DNA from: Octopus sinensis | Lineage: Eukaryota | Assembly: GCF_006345805.1 (NCBI RefSeq) | Contig: NW_021833917.1 | Coordinates: 1 to 62,248, forward strand | Length of the DNA: 62,248 bases | Reading direction: 5' to 3' | Part shown: positions 1-12,520 of the stretch, in pieces | Position numbering within the stretch: position 1 is the first letter of the stretch | Layout of the letters: each line of letters begins with the position of its first letter | Position numbers and translations under genes: made by a program | Notes under the pieces: model-generated | Seen by the model: the letters and a program-made list of their open reading frames with translations, nothing else | What the model was told of the DNA's origin: nothing | Database searches by the model: none

Positions 1-114
1 TCTTATATATTAGTTCTCCGTCACACACACATAGACACATTCATCATCATCATCAACCTTTAGACATCACTGTCTCTGGCCCTAGGACTCTCAGGGCCGG
101 TTACCGATTTCTAG

Positions 115-300
115 GGTGTATAAGTAACCCAGATCACAACATCGCACCCGAACTAGGTGCCAATTTGTTGCAGGGTTACTCATCTACCGCTGACTGGATT
201 GGAGCAATGCACTGCCCATATCTCAAAGCACTGCCCAGTCTGGGAATCGAAACAACATTCTTGCTATCATGAGTGCAACACTACAGCCACTAGGCCATAC
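115..300 (-). mobile_element. tRNA-headed SINE (working family D), degenerate
   Basis: Reverse complement reads GTATGGCCTAGTGG (A box) ... GTTTCGATTCCCAGACTGGGC (B box), followed by the CAATCCAGTCAGC-type body seen in other D copies. Confidence 0.65.
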
Positions 301-559
301 ACCTTTACTTTCTCACGCACACTTCCTTATCCATGACTCCTCTAATCCCATTTTCTCAATCAATCAATTCACAGATTTAGCAGTCCACCAGTCTATTAAA
401 CCACCAAATCGATTCTCTATACTATCAATCCACTGATCAACCAATCACTCACTCTGCCAGTTCAGCAATTCTCGAATCCATCCATTCACCAGTCCAATCT
501 ACAAGTCTACCAATGTACCAACCCACCAATTGATCAATTCAATAATGCACCAACGCAGC

Positions 560-1150
560 AATCCACCAACTCACCAATTCTCCAATCCACCAACTCACCA
601 ACTCACCAGTATGTTAATCCACAAATCCAACAACTCACCAGTATGTTAATCCACAAATCCACCAATCCACCAACTCACCAGTATGTTAATCCACAAACCC
701 ACCAGTATGTTAATCCACAAATCCAACAACTCACCAGTATGTCAATCCACAAATCCACCAATCCACCAACTCACCAGTATGTTAATCCACAAATCCACCA
801 ACCCACCAGTATGTTAATCCACCAATCTCACCAACTCACCAGTATGTTAATCCACAAATCCATCAACTCACCAGTATGTTAATCCACAAATCCACCAACT
901 CACCAGTGTGTTAATCCACAAATCCACCAATTCACCCGTATGTTAATCCACAAATCCACCAACCCACCAGTATGTTAATCCACAAATCCACCAACCCACC
1001 AGTATGTTAATCTACAAATCCACCAATCCACCAATACACCAACTCAGCAGTACGTTAATCCACAAATCCACCAATCCACCAGTATGTTAATCTACAAATC
1101 CACCAACTCACCAGTATGTTAATCCACCAATCCACCAACTCACCAATTCA
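560..1150. repeat. Minisatellite built from CCACCAA(C/T) and CACCAGTATGTTAATCCACAAAT modules, unit about 30-40 bp
   Basis: CACCAGTATGTTAATCCACAAAT recurs more than a dozen times; degenerate flanks extend to about 400-1290. Confidence 0.95.
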
Positions 1151-1470
1151 ACAATCTGCCAGAGCACCAGTCCACTAGTCTATCAACCCACAAATCTACC
1201 AATCTCCCTAACTCACTAGTTCATCAATTCACCAATGTACCAATCCACTTACACCAGTCTGCCAATCCATTAATCCATCAGTTTACTAATCCATTAACCT
1301 TCCATTCCTCAAGAATCCAATAATACGAACAACAACATTTGTTTTGGCTCTTTAACGTCTGAGTTCAAATACCTTCAAAGCAATACTTTTCATCCCTTCA
1401 GGGGTCGATTCAATTAACCAACCCTCTCCTCTTCCACCAAATCTCAAGACTTGCTTCTAAATTAGATTCA

Positions 1471-1912
1471 ATGTGGTTGTGTGGTAAGAAGCTTGCTTCC
1501 CAACCACATGGTTCAGGGTTCAGTCCCACTGCATGGCACCTTGGGGAAGTGTCTTCTGCAATAGGCTCGGGCTGACCAAAGCTTTGCGAATGAAATTGGT
1601 AGACACAAACTGAAAGAAGCCCGTTGTATGTATGTATGTATGTATGTATGTATGTATGTATATATATATGTGTTGTGTGTGTGTGTGGGTGTGTGTGTGT
1701 GTGTCGTGTTTGCTTCTCCCACCATCGCGTGACAACCGTTGTTGGTGTTTATGCTCCCGTAATCTAGCGGTTCGGCAAAAGCGACCGATAGAATAAGTAC
1801 TAGGCTTACAACGAATAAGTCCTGGGGTCGATTTGTTCGACTAAAGCCGGTGCTCCAGCATGGCCACAGTCAAAATGACTGAAACAATGAAGAGAATAAA
1901 AGAATAAAGAAA
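1471..1912 (+). mobile_element. SINE family A (tRNA head, CORE-like GGCACCTTGGGCAAGTGTC, internal microsatellite, CCAGCATGGCC tail)
   Basis: Colinear with the other family A copies, e.g. 37697-38160. Confidence 0.9.
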
Positions 1913-2169
1913 GCAGGTTGCAATTATGGGGTCAAGGCTGGACCTTCGGTTTCTAGAATATTGCCAGACTCCAGACTCTCAAAACACTCAATCATCTGGG
2001 CAATACTATTGGTGAGAGAAAAAAAAAAACTCTTGAATTCTATCGAGGGTTACTGGAGAGTATGAACGACGACGGCCTGGGAGCGGCTCTGGATTTCGAC
2101 GAGAACAGCTGAGCAGTCTCTTCAAGTCGGGGACAATGCACAGCGTCTAAAAGTCCTTAACTTGGCAGT

Positions 2170-2325
2170 CCTACAGGGTGTCGTTGCATGATTCCTCATT
2201 TTTGCCAGCTGAGTGGACTGGAGCAACGTAAAATGAAGTATTTTGCTTGAGAACACAACGCGTCGCCCGGTCCAGGAATCGAAACCACAATCTTACGATC
2301 CTAACCATTAAGCCATGCACCTCTA
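2170..2325 (-). mobile_element. SINE family D fragment
   Basis: GCTGAGTGGACTGGAGCAACG...GAGAACACAACGCGTCGCCCGGTCCAGGAATCGAAACC is the reverse complement of the head at 62099-62248. Confidence 0.75.
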
Positions 2326-2870
2326 CATTTCTCTACCTGGTTGCTATGATAAAAGAGGCCGTTTCGTGGACTCATCGGAAAAATTTCACGGTAGATATTT
2401 TCGTCTCTAGCTGAGCTCTCTTCAACTTCCTTCAAATACTATTTGCAGAGGAAGGTAAGAGTAGAGATCGAGATGTTTTCTGTTAGTGTGTTTATCGAAA
2501 GATGAATGGGAGTAGTAAGGTTGGAGAAGTTGAATGAACCTAATCTGATTATGCTTTTCTAAGTAGGTGGATAGACACTGGGGGGGAAAGCATTTTTGCT
2601 GCTTGGTAGGCGGTGAAGTAATCTGACCCTTTGCAGGGGGTACACCCCGAGTTACCGAATTACCCAAGGTGGTCTTCCCATTCGTGGAGAACTTGATATC
2701 TTACTGATTTATCTTAGTTAACTACATCTTTTTTTAGTTTGTTTTTATTTGGCTTTAGTTTTTCTTTTTTTCCATTTTTTGGTTTTGCACGGTGAAACCT
2801 CACTTTTGTGTTTGAATTTCATCTTTGCATTGTCCCCAACATATTGGATTCTTCATCGCCATAATAATAA

Positions 2871-2914
<44 letters not shown>

Positions 2915-2940
2915 TAACAATAATAACAATAATAATAACA

Positions 2941-2975
<35 letters not shown>

Positions 2976-2984
2976 TACTATTAT

Positions 2985-3160
2985 TAAGGCGGTGAGCTGG
3001 CAGAATCGGTATTTCGCCCATCGCTATGTTCTTTGTTCAAATTCCACCGTGGTCGACTTTACCTTTCATCGTTTCGAGGTCGATGAAATAAGTACCAGTT
3101 GAACTCTGGGTTCGATCAAATCGATTTATCCTCTCTCCCAAAATTGCCGGCCTTGCGTCA
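2985..3160 (+). mobile_element. SINE family B (AAGGCGGCGAGCTGGCAGAA head, GGTCGACTTTGCCTTTCATCC body)
   Basis: Matches the family B copy at 22060-22297, with internal deletions. Confidence 0.85.
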
Positions 3161-3189
3161 AAATTATTATTATTATTATTATTATTATT

Positions 3190-3889
3190 ATTGAGTGAGA
3201 GAGCAGTGCATGCCATGAAAATGACACTAGGGTACAAATATACGAAGCCCAGTATATCCACCATGACTACCAGTCTGATAAGGGTACACCATGCACAAGC
3301 ATCGCAACATGTGCGCGACATGGTGACCTTCCTCATATCATGACATACAGCGCATGACCTTGCAGTTGGGGCCCAGTTAGAATTTTCTTCTGGTCGAATA
3401 GCCCACCTCACTTAAAAGGTCCCTGAACAAAGGCTGTTTAAGAATATTGAACGAAACACCCATGTTTCCAGAAATGAATTATTCAAATCCGAAAGAATTG
3501 CTCCCAAGACATTGGCTATGATGCTCCCGCACTACTTCTGCTCGTGATCAGAGATGCACATATTATTAGCCACCAAGGGACATGCTCAACTGCTTATGGT
3601 GAAACAATTGACAAGCAAATCTGTGGTATTGAGCAGAATATTTATTGTGGCCCATCTTTTATACCAAGAAAAAACAATGTACAGTTAAGCTATGAGAACC
3701 AGTACAGTTCTATATTTAAGAGATGAGGAATTATGAACATTATTTACATTTGTCTTCATCTTGTTTGTTGTTAACACAACATTTCGGCTGATATACCATC
3801 CAGCCTTCATCAGGTATTTTTGGATGTTGTTGTTGTTATTCAAGTCTTGGGGTTAGTAGCCCGCGCTCTTAACCACTACACCATATGCC
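3190..3889 (-). mobile_element. tRNA-headed element carrying a type I hammerhead ribozyme
   Basis: tRNA-Ser-like head at 3841-3889 (A box TGGTGTAGTGG, GGG-CTACTAA-CCC arm), (AAC)n linker, HHR at 3774-3817. The left boundary is uncertain. Confidence 0.6.
3774..3817 (-). ncRNA. Minimal type I hammerhead ribozyme, near intact
   Basis: AUAC-CUGAUGA-A-GGCUG(GAUGGUAUAU)CAGCC-GAAA-UG-UU/GUGU. Stem I is AUAC/GUGU; stem II is 5 bp. Confidence 0.75.
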
Positions 3890-4034
3890 TACGGGCATAA
3901 TAATAATAATAATAATATAATAATATTAATAATAATAATAATGATGATGATGATGATGATGATGATGAGGATAATAATAATAATGTCGAAAAATACCTTA
4001 GGAATGAGGACCCAGGTTCGAAATTTCCCCTGAG

Positions 4035-4079
4035 ACACGTGATGAAGGCTGGAAGGGTATATCAGCCGATATGCTGTGT
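4035..4079 (+). ncRNA. Decayed hammerhead, same family as 3774-3817
   Basis: ACAC-GUGAUGA-A-GGCUG...CAGCC-GAUAU-GCU-GUGU, with core substitutions. Confidence 0.6.
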
Positions 4080-4159
4080 TAACAACAAACAATCTGCCAA
4101 ATGTAAATAATGTAAATAAGGTACTCGAGAACCAGTGCCTATTATAATAATTAATTATT

Positions 4160-4335
4160 ATTACGGTGATTTAACTGAATCGTTAGTACGCCGGACAAAA
4201 TGCATAGCGGCATTTCTTCTTGCTTTACCTTCCGAGTTCAAATTCCACCGTAGTCGACTTTGGCTTTTATCCTATCGGGGCCGATATAATCGGTTAACCC
4301 TAGACTCCCAAGATTTCAGGCCTTATGCCTATAAT
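4160..4335 (+). mobile_element. SINE family B, degenerate
   Basis: CCGAGTTCAAATTCCACCGTAGTCGACTTTGGCTTTTATCC motif. Confidence 0.7.
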
Positions 4336-4693
4336 AAAAAGGATTGTTAATTCCTTTTTCAAGAACACAATCCGATGTTCGTCTTTAAAATGTCTGTTCC
4401 ACATTTTTTTTCTGTCCTCGTCTATTTCCCTTTCTCTGTGACTCTCGATTCTACAATTTCTCATTTCTCTTATACACACTCTCTCTATCACTCTCATCTC
4501 TCTCTCTCTCTATCTCTCTCTCTCTCTCTACCCCATTCTCTCTTTCTCTTCTATCTTCTTTTTAACTCCCTGCCTTCTTAACTCTCTCTCCTCACCTCTT
4601 CCAACTATACGTTTATCAACTCTGTGCAGCTTCCAGAGACATTGCATGTGTCATTTGTGATTGTTTATATTCCTATCTAGCTGCTGGCCTCAA

Positions 4694-4733
<40 letters not shown>

Positions 4734-5239
4734 AAGAAAGAGTGAGAGAAGAAACAGAAGAGAGAAGAAAGAGAAAGAAAAAGAGAGTAAGTACTAAGGT
4801 GGACGTTACTGTGCTGAAATTCTTCTGGAAGTGATTACTTTGGTATTCGCAAGAGTTTTATGTATGCATGTAAGTGTGTGCGTACGCGTTTGTGTGTGTG
4901 CGTACGCGTTTGTGTGTGTGGTGTGTGTGTGTGTGTGTGTGTGTTTGTGAGAGAGAAAGGGTCAATGACCTTTAGTGACCAACTGATGCAAAATGGAAGT
5001 TGTTTACTTATCCTTCTGCTTTTTTTTTCTTTTATTATCCAGATATACCTTTGCATCTGTGCATGCGTATGTCTGTGTGTGTGTGTGTGTGTGGTGTATT
5101 TATATATGTATGTATGTATGCACGTATGTGTGTGTGTGTGTGTATGCTTTTTACACATATATGTATACATGTATATGTGTATATAAGTATGTGTGTGTAT
5201 ATGTTGGTATGTGTAATGTATGCTTGTTACATATTTATG

Positions 5240-5247
5240 TTTGTAGA

Positions 5248-5317
<70 letters not shown>

Positions 5318-5489
5318 TGGGTGTGTGTGTGTGTGTTGTGTGTGTGTGTGTGTGTGTGTGTGTAGTGTGTGTTGTGTGTGTGTTGTGTGTGTGTGTGTGT
5401 GTGTGGTGTGTGGTTTGTTGTGTGGTGTGTGGGTGTGTGTGTGTTGTGTGTGTGTGGTGTGTGGGTGTGTGTGTGTGTGTGTGTTGTGT

Positions 5490-5542
<53 letters not shown>

Positions 5543-5558
5543 TGTGTGTGTGGTGTGT

Positions 5559-5596
<38 letters not shown>

Positions 5597-5622
5597 TGTG
5601 TTGTGTGTGTGTGTTGTGTGTA
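5240..5622. repeat. (TG)n microsatellite, imperfect
   Basis: Seen directly. Confidence 0.98.
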
Positions 5623-5732
5623 AATGTGTGTATTTGTGAAGTTCTTGTTCTTCTGACGGTGTTTACCCAGGGCGGATTTAGCCGGCTTCTTCTCTGGTCC
5701 TGATGTCATCACGAACTGTGAAGACGTATAGC

Positions 5733-5940
5733 CTGGCGGTTAGGGGGTTGCACTTACGATTTCAAGATCGTGATTTCAATTCCCGCATAAGACGATGCGT
5801 TTGCGCTTTTGAGCTAACCACTTCATTTCACGTTGTCCCAGTCCACTCAGCTGTAAATGAGTAACCTCGTGACGGTCAGGTTCAGTGGGGTATGTTATGA
5901 TCTCGGTTACTTATACTCAATGGAAACTGGATAGCCAGCC
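5733..5940 (+). mobile_element. SINE family D
   Basis: tRNA-like head, then CACTTCATTTCACGTTGTCCCAGTCCACTCAGCTGTAAATGAGT. Confidence 0.7.
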
Positions 5941-5970
5941 CTACAAGTCCCAGGATTCGAAACAGCAATG

Positions 5971-6003
<33 letters not shown>

Positions 6004-6004
<1 letters not shown>

Positions 6005-6216
6005 GGAGTAAACACATAAATGTGAAACAAGGTGGAAAAAAGAGTACTCAAATACCAGTGGTAGAGTAATATGCTTTTTAAAGCAGCAGAAAATTCAACA
6101 AAATCTGTTACTCTGAGTTTCTCGTTGCCGTTCATCAGACAGTTTTTGCCGATAAACGGCAACGAGAAACTCAGAGTAACAGATTTTGTTGAATTTTCTG
6201 CTGCTTTAAATAAAGT
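6004..6216 (-). mobile_element. Short Penelope-like/retrozyme-type element with a 5' inverted duplication, between (TA)n tracts
   Basis: Perfect 56-bp inverted repeat 6077-6132 / 6155-6210; HHR on the minus strand; TA runs on both sides. Confidence 0.7.
6100..6146 (-). ncRNA. Minimal type I hammerhead ribozyme with weakened stem II
   Basis: AAAACUGU-CUGAUGA-ACG(GCAA)CGA-GAAA-CUCAGAG-UA/ACAG-A-UUUU. GNRA loop, GUA triplet, A.A mismatch closing stem II. Confidence 0.7.
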
Positions 6217-6223
6217 ATATATA

Positions 6224-6279
<56 letters not shown>

Positions 6280-6983
6280 GTATATGTGTGTGTGGTGTAG
6301 GGACGGTTTCATATCTTAGCAAATAGTTCATTTGAAAGTTTTCTTTGAAGTTTTGTCATTTGCAACGATACCCTGAACCTTAACCTAATTGTTTTACCTT
6401 GAGATTAACTTTTGAATGAGATGACCTTGTTTCTTTATTGTCCACAAAGGGCCAATGAAGAGGGGACAATTGAAGGATATGTGGGGACATGGAACAAAGC
6501 AAAAAAGAAAAAACAACACAACGTATGGTACAAGATGAATGATAATGGAATGTTGATTCTTCATACTTTGCTGGGTGTTTACAGGCGTAAATTTGCGAAG
6601 ATATGAATGTAGTACTTGTATATAATGTATGGTGAATTTATGGAATGCAATCCCATAAAACTCATTAATTTAGTTAAACTTCTTATATATTTCAACAACT
6701 TGTCTCCTCCTTCTTTAACTAAATTTATGAATTTTATGAGGCTTCATTCCATAAATTCCCCATACATTATATATAAATATGTACATAGGGAGAGTTTATG
6801 AAAAAAAAAAAAAGACGAAGACAGGTGGTGTACAAAAAAATAGATGTATTAGTATTACGCTCAGGAATAGAAAAAGTCTTTTACGTTTCGAGCCTACGCT
6901 CTTCTACAGAAAGGGACACAGAAAAAAAAAAACAAGGAGAGAAAAAATGTGTGTAGTGGCTAGCGATCTATCATGGCGACTGA

Positions 6984-7017
<34 letters not shown>

Positions 7018-7578
7018 TGAATGTTTGTATGTAAGCAGGTATGTAAGAGCGTTGGATAGAATGCCTTGTTGTATTTGCTTCAAATCTCGCCAAGGTCCAA
7101 ATCCCGCTAAAGCCAGCTTGGCATTTCATCTAATACAGGATCAATAAATAAAATATCAGTCCCCTACAGGGATGGTACTGGTAGTGGTGGTGGTGGTGGT
7201 GGAAGTGGCAGTGGTGGCGTTGAGAGTTCTTTTACTTTCCTTGCATGTCTCACTGAAATATATTAACAGTAGTCAGGCCTGGAGTGGGATAGGACCCCCG
7301 TTAGGATTGACACATGGTTGTCATCCAAATGCCAGCGATGGAACTTGTTTTTTTTTTATTCATTTTGCTTTTGGTAGAAACCAGCGTCTATTTAAGAAGA
7401 ATATAAATAACTAAAAACAGAACCCGAAACCACTTCAGTTTGGGTATGGACCTTGTGGTTTACTTTAGGAGGTCCGTCTGTGTTTATCGGGCATCAGGTA
7501 CAGTTTTACAGTGAAAACCGATCGTATTACTGAAGATACAACCGGAAATCCGTGAATAATCATGGAGTATATACGTGC

Positions 7579-7613
<35 letters not shown>

Positions 7614-7629
7614 GTAGTGGGTTGCGATT

Positions 7630-7965
7630 TTCTTCGCTACTTCAGGGAGTGACGACCCTGCCTGACACGAGTCCCGGGTTCAGCTGGCTCCGGCTGACAG
7701 TACCCGGTATGGGCCCCTATCCAGGGTTACTGAAAGGAGACAACCTTCAAAGAAATCGGAATTGGAGCCCCGTAGGCGGTTTAGTGTTCGACTCAACACT
7801 CTTCCTGTAACTCCTGCAACCAAGCTAGTGCTAAACGTAATGCTCTGCACTCCTTTGGACTACGCCAGCAAGGTCGAGAGAGGAATCCTGACGATTGGGC
7901 TACCCAGGGTTTTCTTACATCTAACCCAAATGAATACACAAACTTTACAATCAAGGACATTTAAA
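7630..7965 (+). mobile_element. Probable RTE-clade LINE 5' region
   Basis: GC-richer island with GGAGCCCCGTAGGCGG and AAAGGAGACAACC motifs resembling RTE 5' UTRs; cut off by a SINE A. No RT motif to confirm. Confidence 0.35.
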
Positions 7966-7983
7966 AAAAAATTAAAATCCTCG

Positions 7984-8149
7984 GCATATGCAGGAGTGGC
8001 TGTGTGGTAAGTAGCTTGCTTACCAACCACATGGTTCTGGGTTCAGTCGCACTGCGTGGCACTTTTGACAAGTGTCTTCTACTATAGCCTCGGGTCGACC
8101 AAAGCCTTGTGAGTGGATTTTGTAGACGGAAACTGAAAGAAGCCCGTCG

Positions 8150-8188
<39 letters not shown>

Positions 8189-8410
8189 CTGTGATTGTTT
8201 TTGTGTGTCTGTGTTTGTCCCCCCAACATCACTTGACAACCGATGCTGGTGTGTTTACGTCCCCGTAAAAAAGGCGGTTCGGCAAAAGAGACCGATAGGA
8301 TAAGTACTAGGCTTACAAAGAATAAGTTCTGGGGTCGATTTGCTCGACTAAAGGCGGTGCTCCAGCATAGCCGCAATCAAATTAGTGAAACAAGTAAAGG
8401 AGTAAAGAGT
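7984..8410 (+). mobile_element. SINE family A, full length
   Basis: Complete head, body, (TA)n and tail. Confidence 0.93.
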
Positions 8411-8655
8411 ATATGCATATTTAGTGATTCCACGATCGTCGCGTATTCACCTGAATGTTAATATATTGTTAATACGAACATACAAATCACATACATATTA
8501 CTGAAATATTCTTAGTAAATCTTCTATCAATTTAACAATGGCAAAACTAACAGGCTTCATATTTTTGTTTGGGACGCAAAAAAAACCAAATGTTCATTAA
8601 GTTGGTCAAGAATATCTACACGTTTTCTATATTTGTTTTTGTAATCATTATATTA

Positions 8656-8956
8656 TCTTTATATATAAAGGTGAAGTTGTGTGAGTGTCTGTCTCCTACG
8701 ATTTAGATTCCTAACTACTCCCACATTTTGCAGTGTAGTTTAACCAAAAGCGGGTATCTTATAGTCGTGATTCATATCGAGCCCTTCTGGGTATTAGCGC
8801 GCGTCTACGATGAGTCTACGATTTAAAAATAATTTACCATCATTTTTTCCCATTTTTAATGCATTTTTTGCGATTATATAAGGGAAGTAACTCTCTAAAA
8901 ATGCTTATATAGTTATTTCCTCTACAAACCCGAGCAACGCCGGGCGATACTGCTAG
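8656..8956 (+). mobile_element. Non-autonomous Helitron
   Basis: A|TCTTTATATATAAA 5' end; CCCGAGCAACGCCGGG subterminal hairpin; CTAG|T 3' end. Confidence 0.88.
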
Positions 8957-9613
8957 TTGTTTATACAAACTTTGCTTCTTCTCCCCACCCCAGCCCTACA
9001 CATAACATCAACTCCCGCCCTTTTCCTGATACGGAATACTCTGATAAACTCTTAACACATTACCTCAATAGCTACACCCTATCCAGTTTCTTTGCACTGC
9101 GTTGCTTTATAGACTAATTTCGTTTAACCTTACACTCCACGTCTAATGTTTATAGACACTCGTTTCCTACCACACCCAAGCATCTAATCTCCACCTAACC
9201 ATTGTTTCCAAATCACGCCTTCTTATGTATTCAGAGCCCCCCCCCACACACACACACTCGTAGCTGAACTGTATTTGATAGACTTACGTAACTTATTTTC
9301 CAATCTAACCTCTAACGTACGATGTCTTTACCGTTTCATACTCGTCATAACACAGATAGTAAACAACATTCAGTCAGATCAAATTTATCTCCCTTCTTCA
9401 ACTCCACTACCCGCTTCATCTACACAAAATATTTTCAAGCACTACTTGTAACATTCAGAATACATATTGTTAAATCCAGAACCAAGAGGATTCTTATAAA
9501 AAACAAAACAATTAATTTGCTGATGATGTACCATATTGTCACAATTTGATTGCCTTACAAATTACTCACATTAATTTATATAACATTCCAAAACATTAAT
9601 TCTGTTACACTAT

Positions 9614-10047
9614 GTATGTATGTATGTATGTATGTATGTATGTATGTATGTATGTATGTATTATATCTAGATATCTGCGTGGTAAGTATATATATACATA
9701 CATATATACATACATATATATATATATGTATATATATGTATATATACATATATATATATGTATATGTATATATATGCGTATATATGTATATATATGTATA
9801 TAAATACACATGTATATATATATATATACATATATACACATATGTAAATATACGTATATATATACACACATATACACATATGTATATACATATGCATATA
9901 TATATACATATACATATACATACATACATATACATATACACAAATACGTATGCATATATACATACATATACATATATATACATATATATATATACATATA
10001 TATACATATACATACATATATACATATATATACATATACATATATAC

Positions 10048-10094
<47 letters not shown>

Positions 10095-10188
10095 CATATG
10101 TATATATACATATGTATATATACATATATATATATACATATGTATATATACATATGTATATATATATACATATACCTATATACATATA

Positions 10189-10219
<31 letters not shown>

Positions 10220-10267
10220 ACATATACATATATACATATGTATACATATACATATATATATATACAT

Positions 10268-10300
<33 letters not shown>

Positions 10301-10358
10301 GATATATACATATATGCATATACATATATATACATATACATATATATATATATACATA
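9614..10358. repeat. (TATG)n plus compound TA/TACA microsatellite
   Basis: Seen directly. Confidence 0.97.
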
Positions 10359-12075
10359 TTTCTTATGGGTGATTTCAACTTCCCCTATGTCAAATGGCAT
10401 GAGGGCCTCATGCTCTCAGGAATGACTCATTGCAAACAATCACAGGTGGAGTCCCTGCTGAACCTCACCAATGCCCTATTCGTGGAGTAGATTTGTGCTC
10501 AGACCAACTGGGGTGAATAACATTTTTGATCTCTGTTTCGCAAAGAATACGGACTTGGTTCATAATGTGAAAATGACGCCAAGCAAGCCAGAGGAGGGAA
10601 TAATATGCCCAATCCATAAAGGAAGAAGCAGAGCAGATGCCAAAACCTATAGGCCTATCTCTCTGACTTTGCACATCAGCAAAGTCATGGAACGGGTAGT
10701 CAGAGGGAAGCTAATTGCATTTCTTGAAGAAAATTACTTGCTGAGTGATACTCAGCATGGCTTTCGACCAGGGAGGAGCTGCCCGACCCAGCAGTTACAG
10801 CACTATGACTGGGTGTTGAGGCAGTTACTCGACAACGCAAATGTGGACGTAATATATTTGATTTTGAAAAAGCTTTTGATAAAGTGGATCATGGTATAAT
10901 ATGCCACAAACTGCGTGATCTCGGCATAACTGGAAAACTTGAAGAGTGGTTACATGACTTTCTGAAAGATAGAATTTAGGCAGTAGTTGCGAATGGAGCC
11001 ACCTCATTGAAAACTCAATTAGTGAGCGGTGTTCCATAAGACACTGTCTTGGGACCACTGCCTTTCATAGTGTCCCTCCCAGATATGCCCTCAGCTGCCC
11101 AGATAGCCACCCTTGCTAGCTACGCAGACGATACGAAAGTCTTGTAGAAAATACAGAACCCCAGCGATGTCGCACACCTGCAGCAAGAGCTGGACTCAAT
11201 TTACAGATGGGCTGAGGTTAATAATATGCAGTTTAATGCTGAAAAAATCCTAGCCCTGCGCTACCAGCTTCCAAAACTGAATATTAAACTTACAGGATAC
11301 ACAGGTCCACAGGGGATTACAATCCCAGAGCTTAAATGAGTGAGAAACCTGGATATTGACATGAGTGATGATACCGCTTTCGAAGAGCACATTACCAGGA
11401 TGGCGACAAAGTGCAGACGACTGGCTGGATGGATCCTAAGAACGTTCAGAACCAGAGAGAAGGAAACGATAAGGGTCCTATGGAGGACATTCGTCCTCAG
11501 GCGACTGAACTACTGCTGCCAGCTATGGTCACTCAACAGTGTAAAATTAACAGTAGACCTTGAAGCAATCCAGTGAAGCTTCACGAAGAAGATCGACTCA
11601 CTGGAACAGCTCAGCTACTGAGAAAGACTGAAACAGCAAAGGCTCTACTCCCTGGAGCGAAGGCGAGAGAGGTATGCAGTAATATACATCAGGAAGATCC
11701 TGGAATGAATTGTGCCAAATTTTGGCATTGAAAGCTACACCAATGCCAGAACGGGACGACACTGCATAGTGCCAAAGATCCCAGCAACGCCATCGCACTT
11801 CAGGACCAGTTACTGCAACAGCCTGGGCTTCAGGGGCCCTCAGCTTTTTAATATTCTCCCAAAAAGCCTAAGGGACCTACACATAGTGGATGTAGAGGTC
11901 TTCAAATCAAAACTGGACCTCTTCCTGTCGAGAGTCCAAGATGAATCTACCTCGGAAATGAGGATAGCGACATCAAACTCCCTCATTCACCAAATACCAC
12001 ATATTAGAGTGTAGCAAAACGGTGGTGCCCCAGCATGGCCGGAATGGCTGGAGCACTGAGCAGAAACTAGAAAAA
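10359..12075 (+). mobile_element. Decayed CR1/L2-group LINE ORF2 (APE remnant, RT, 3' tail)
   Basis: GDFN at 10368-10379; YRPISLT; QHGFRPGRSC; YADD at 11121-11132; multiple stops and frameshifts; internal deletion near 10590. Confidence 0.93.
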
Positions 12076-12109
<34 letters not shown>

Positions 12110-12110
12110 C

Positions 12111-12169
<59 letters not shown>

Positions 12170-12272
12170 GGTATATAGATATATATATATATATGTATTT
12201 ATGTATATATATATATATTGTATATATATGTATATATATTGTATTATATATATGTGTGTGTGGTGTGTATGT

Positions 12273-12397
12273 ATATTGGCCTGCTCGCTTAGCCAGCGGG
12301 ATAGCGTCATTTGAAGGTTAAACAATGCGAAGCACATTGTGACCAGCGATGTATAGCAACATCTGATAGGCTGGTCGGTCACGGTGATCACAGTGAT
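12273..12397 (+). mobile_element. Isolated alternative 3' module of SINE family C (module E)
   Basis: TTGGCCTGCTCGCTTAGCCAGCGG...GGTCACGGTGATCAC, also at 16420-16545 and 37170-37297. Confidence 0.8.
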
Positions 12398-12467
12398 ATA
12401 TATGTATATATGTGTATATATATGTATATATATACATGTATACATATTATATATAATATATATAATA

Positions 12468-12520
<53 letters not shown>

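Noticed and set aside
4835-5712. Long ORFs rich in CV/HT/YI repeats (also 9550-10425, 29385-32570, 40334-41284, 47153-47671, 55351-56051)
   Set aside because: Translations of stop-free microsatellites; no coding signal.
7520-7562. ATTA-CTGAAGA...GGAAA...TAAT hammerhead-like string
   Set aside because: No stem II and no UH triplet before stem I.
7630-7760. Possible HDV-like ribozyme in the RTE-like 5' region
   Set aside because: I could not build the nested double pseudoknot by eye; needs a covariance-model search.
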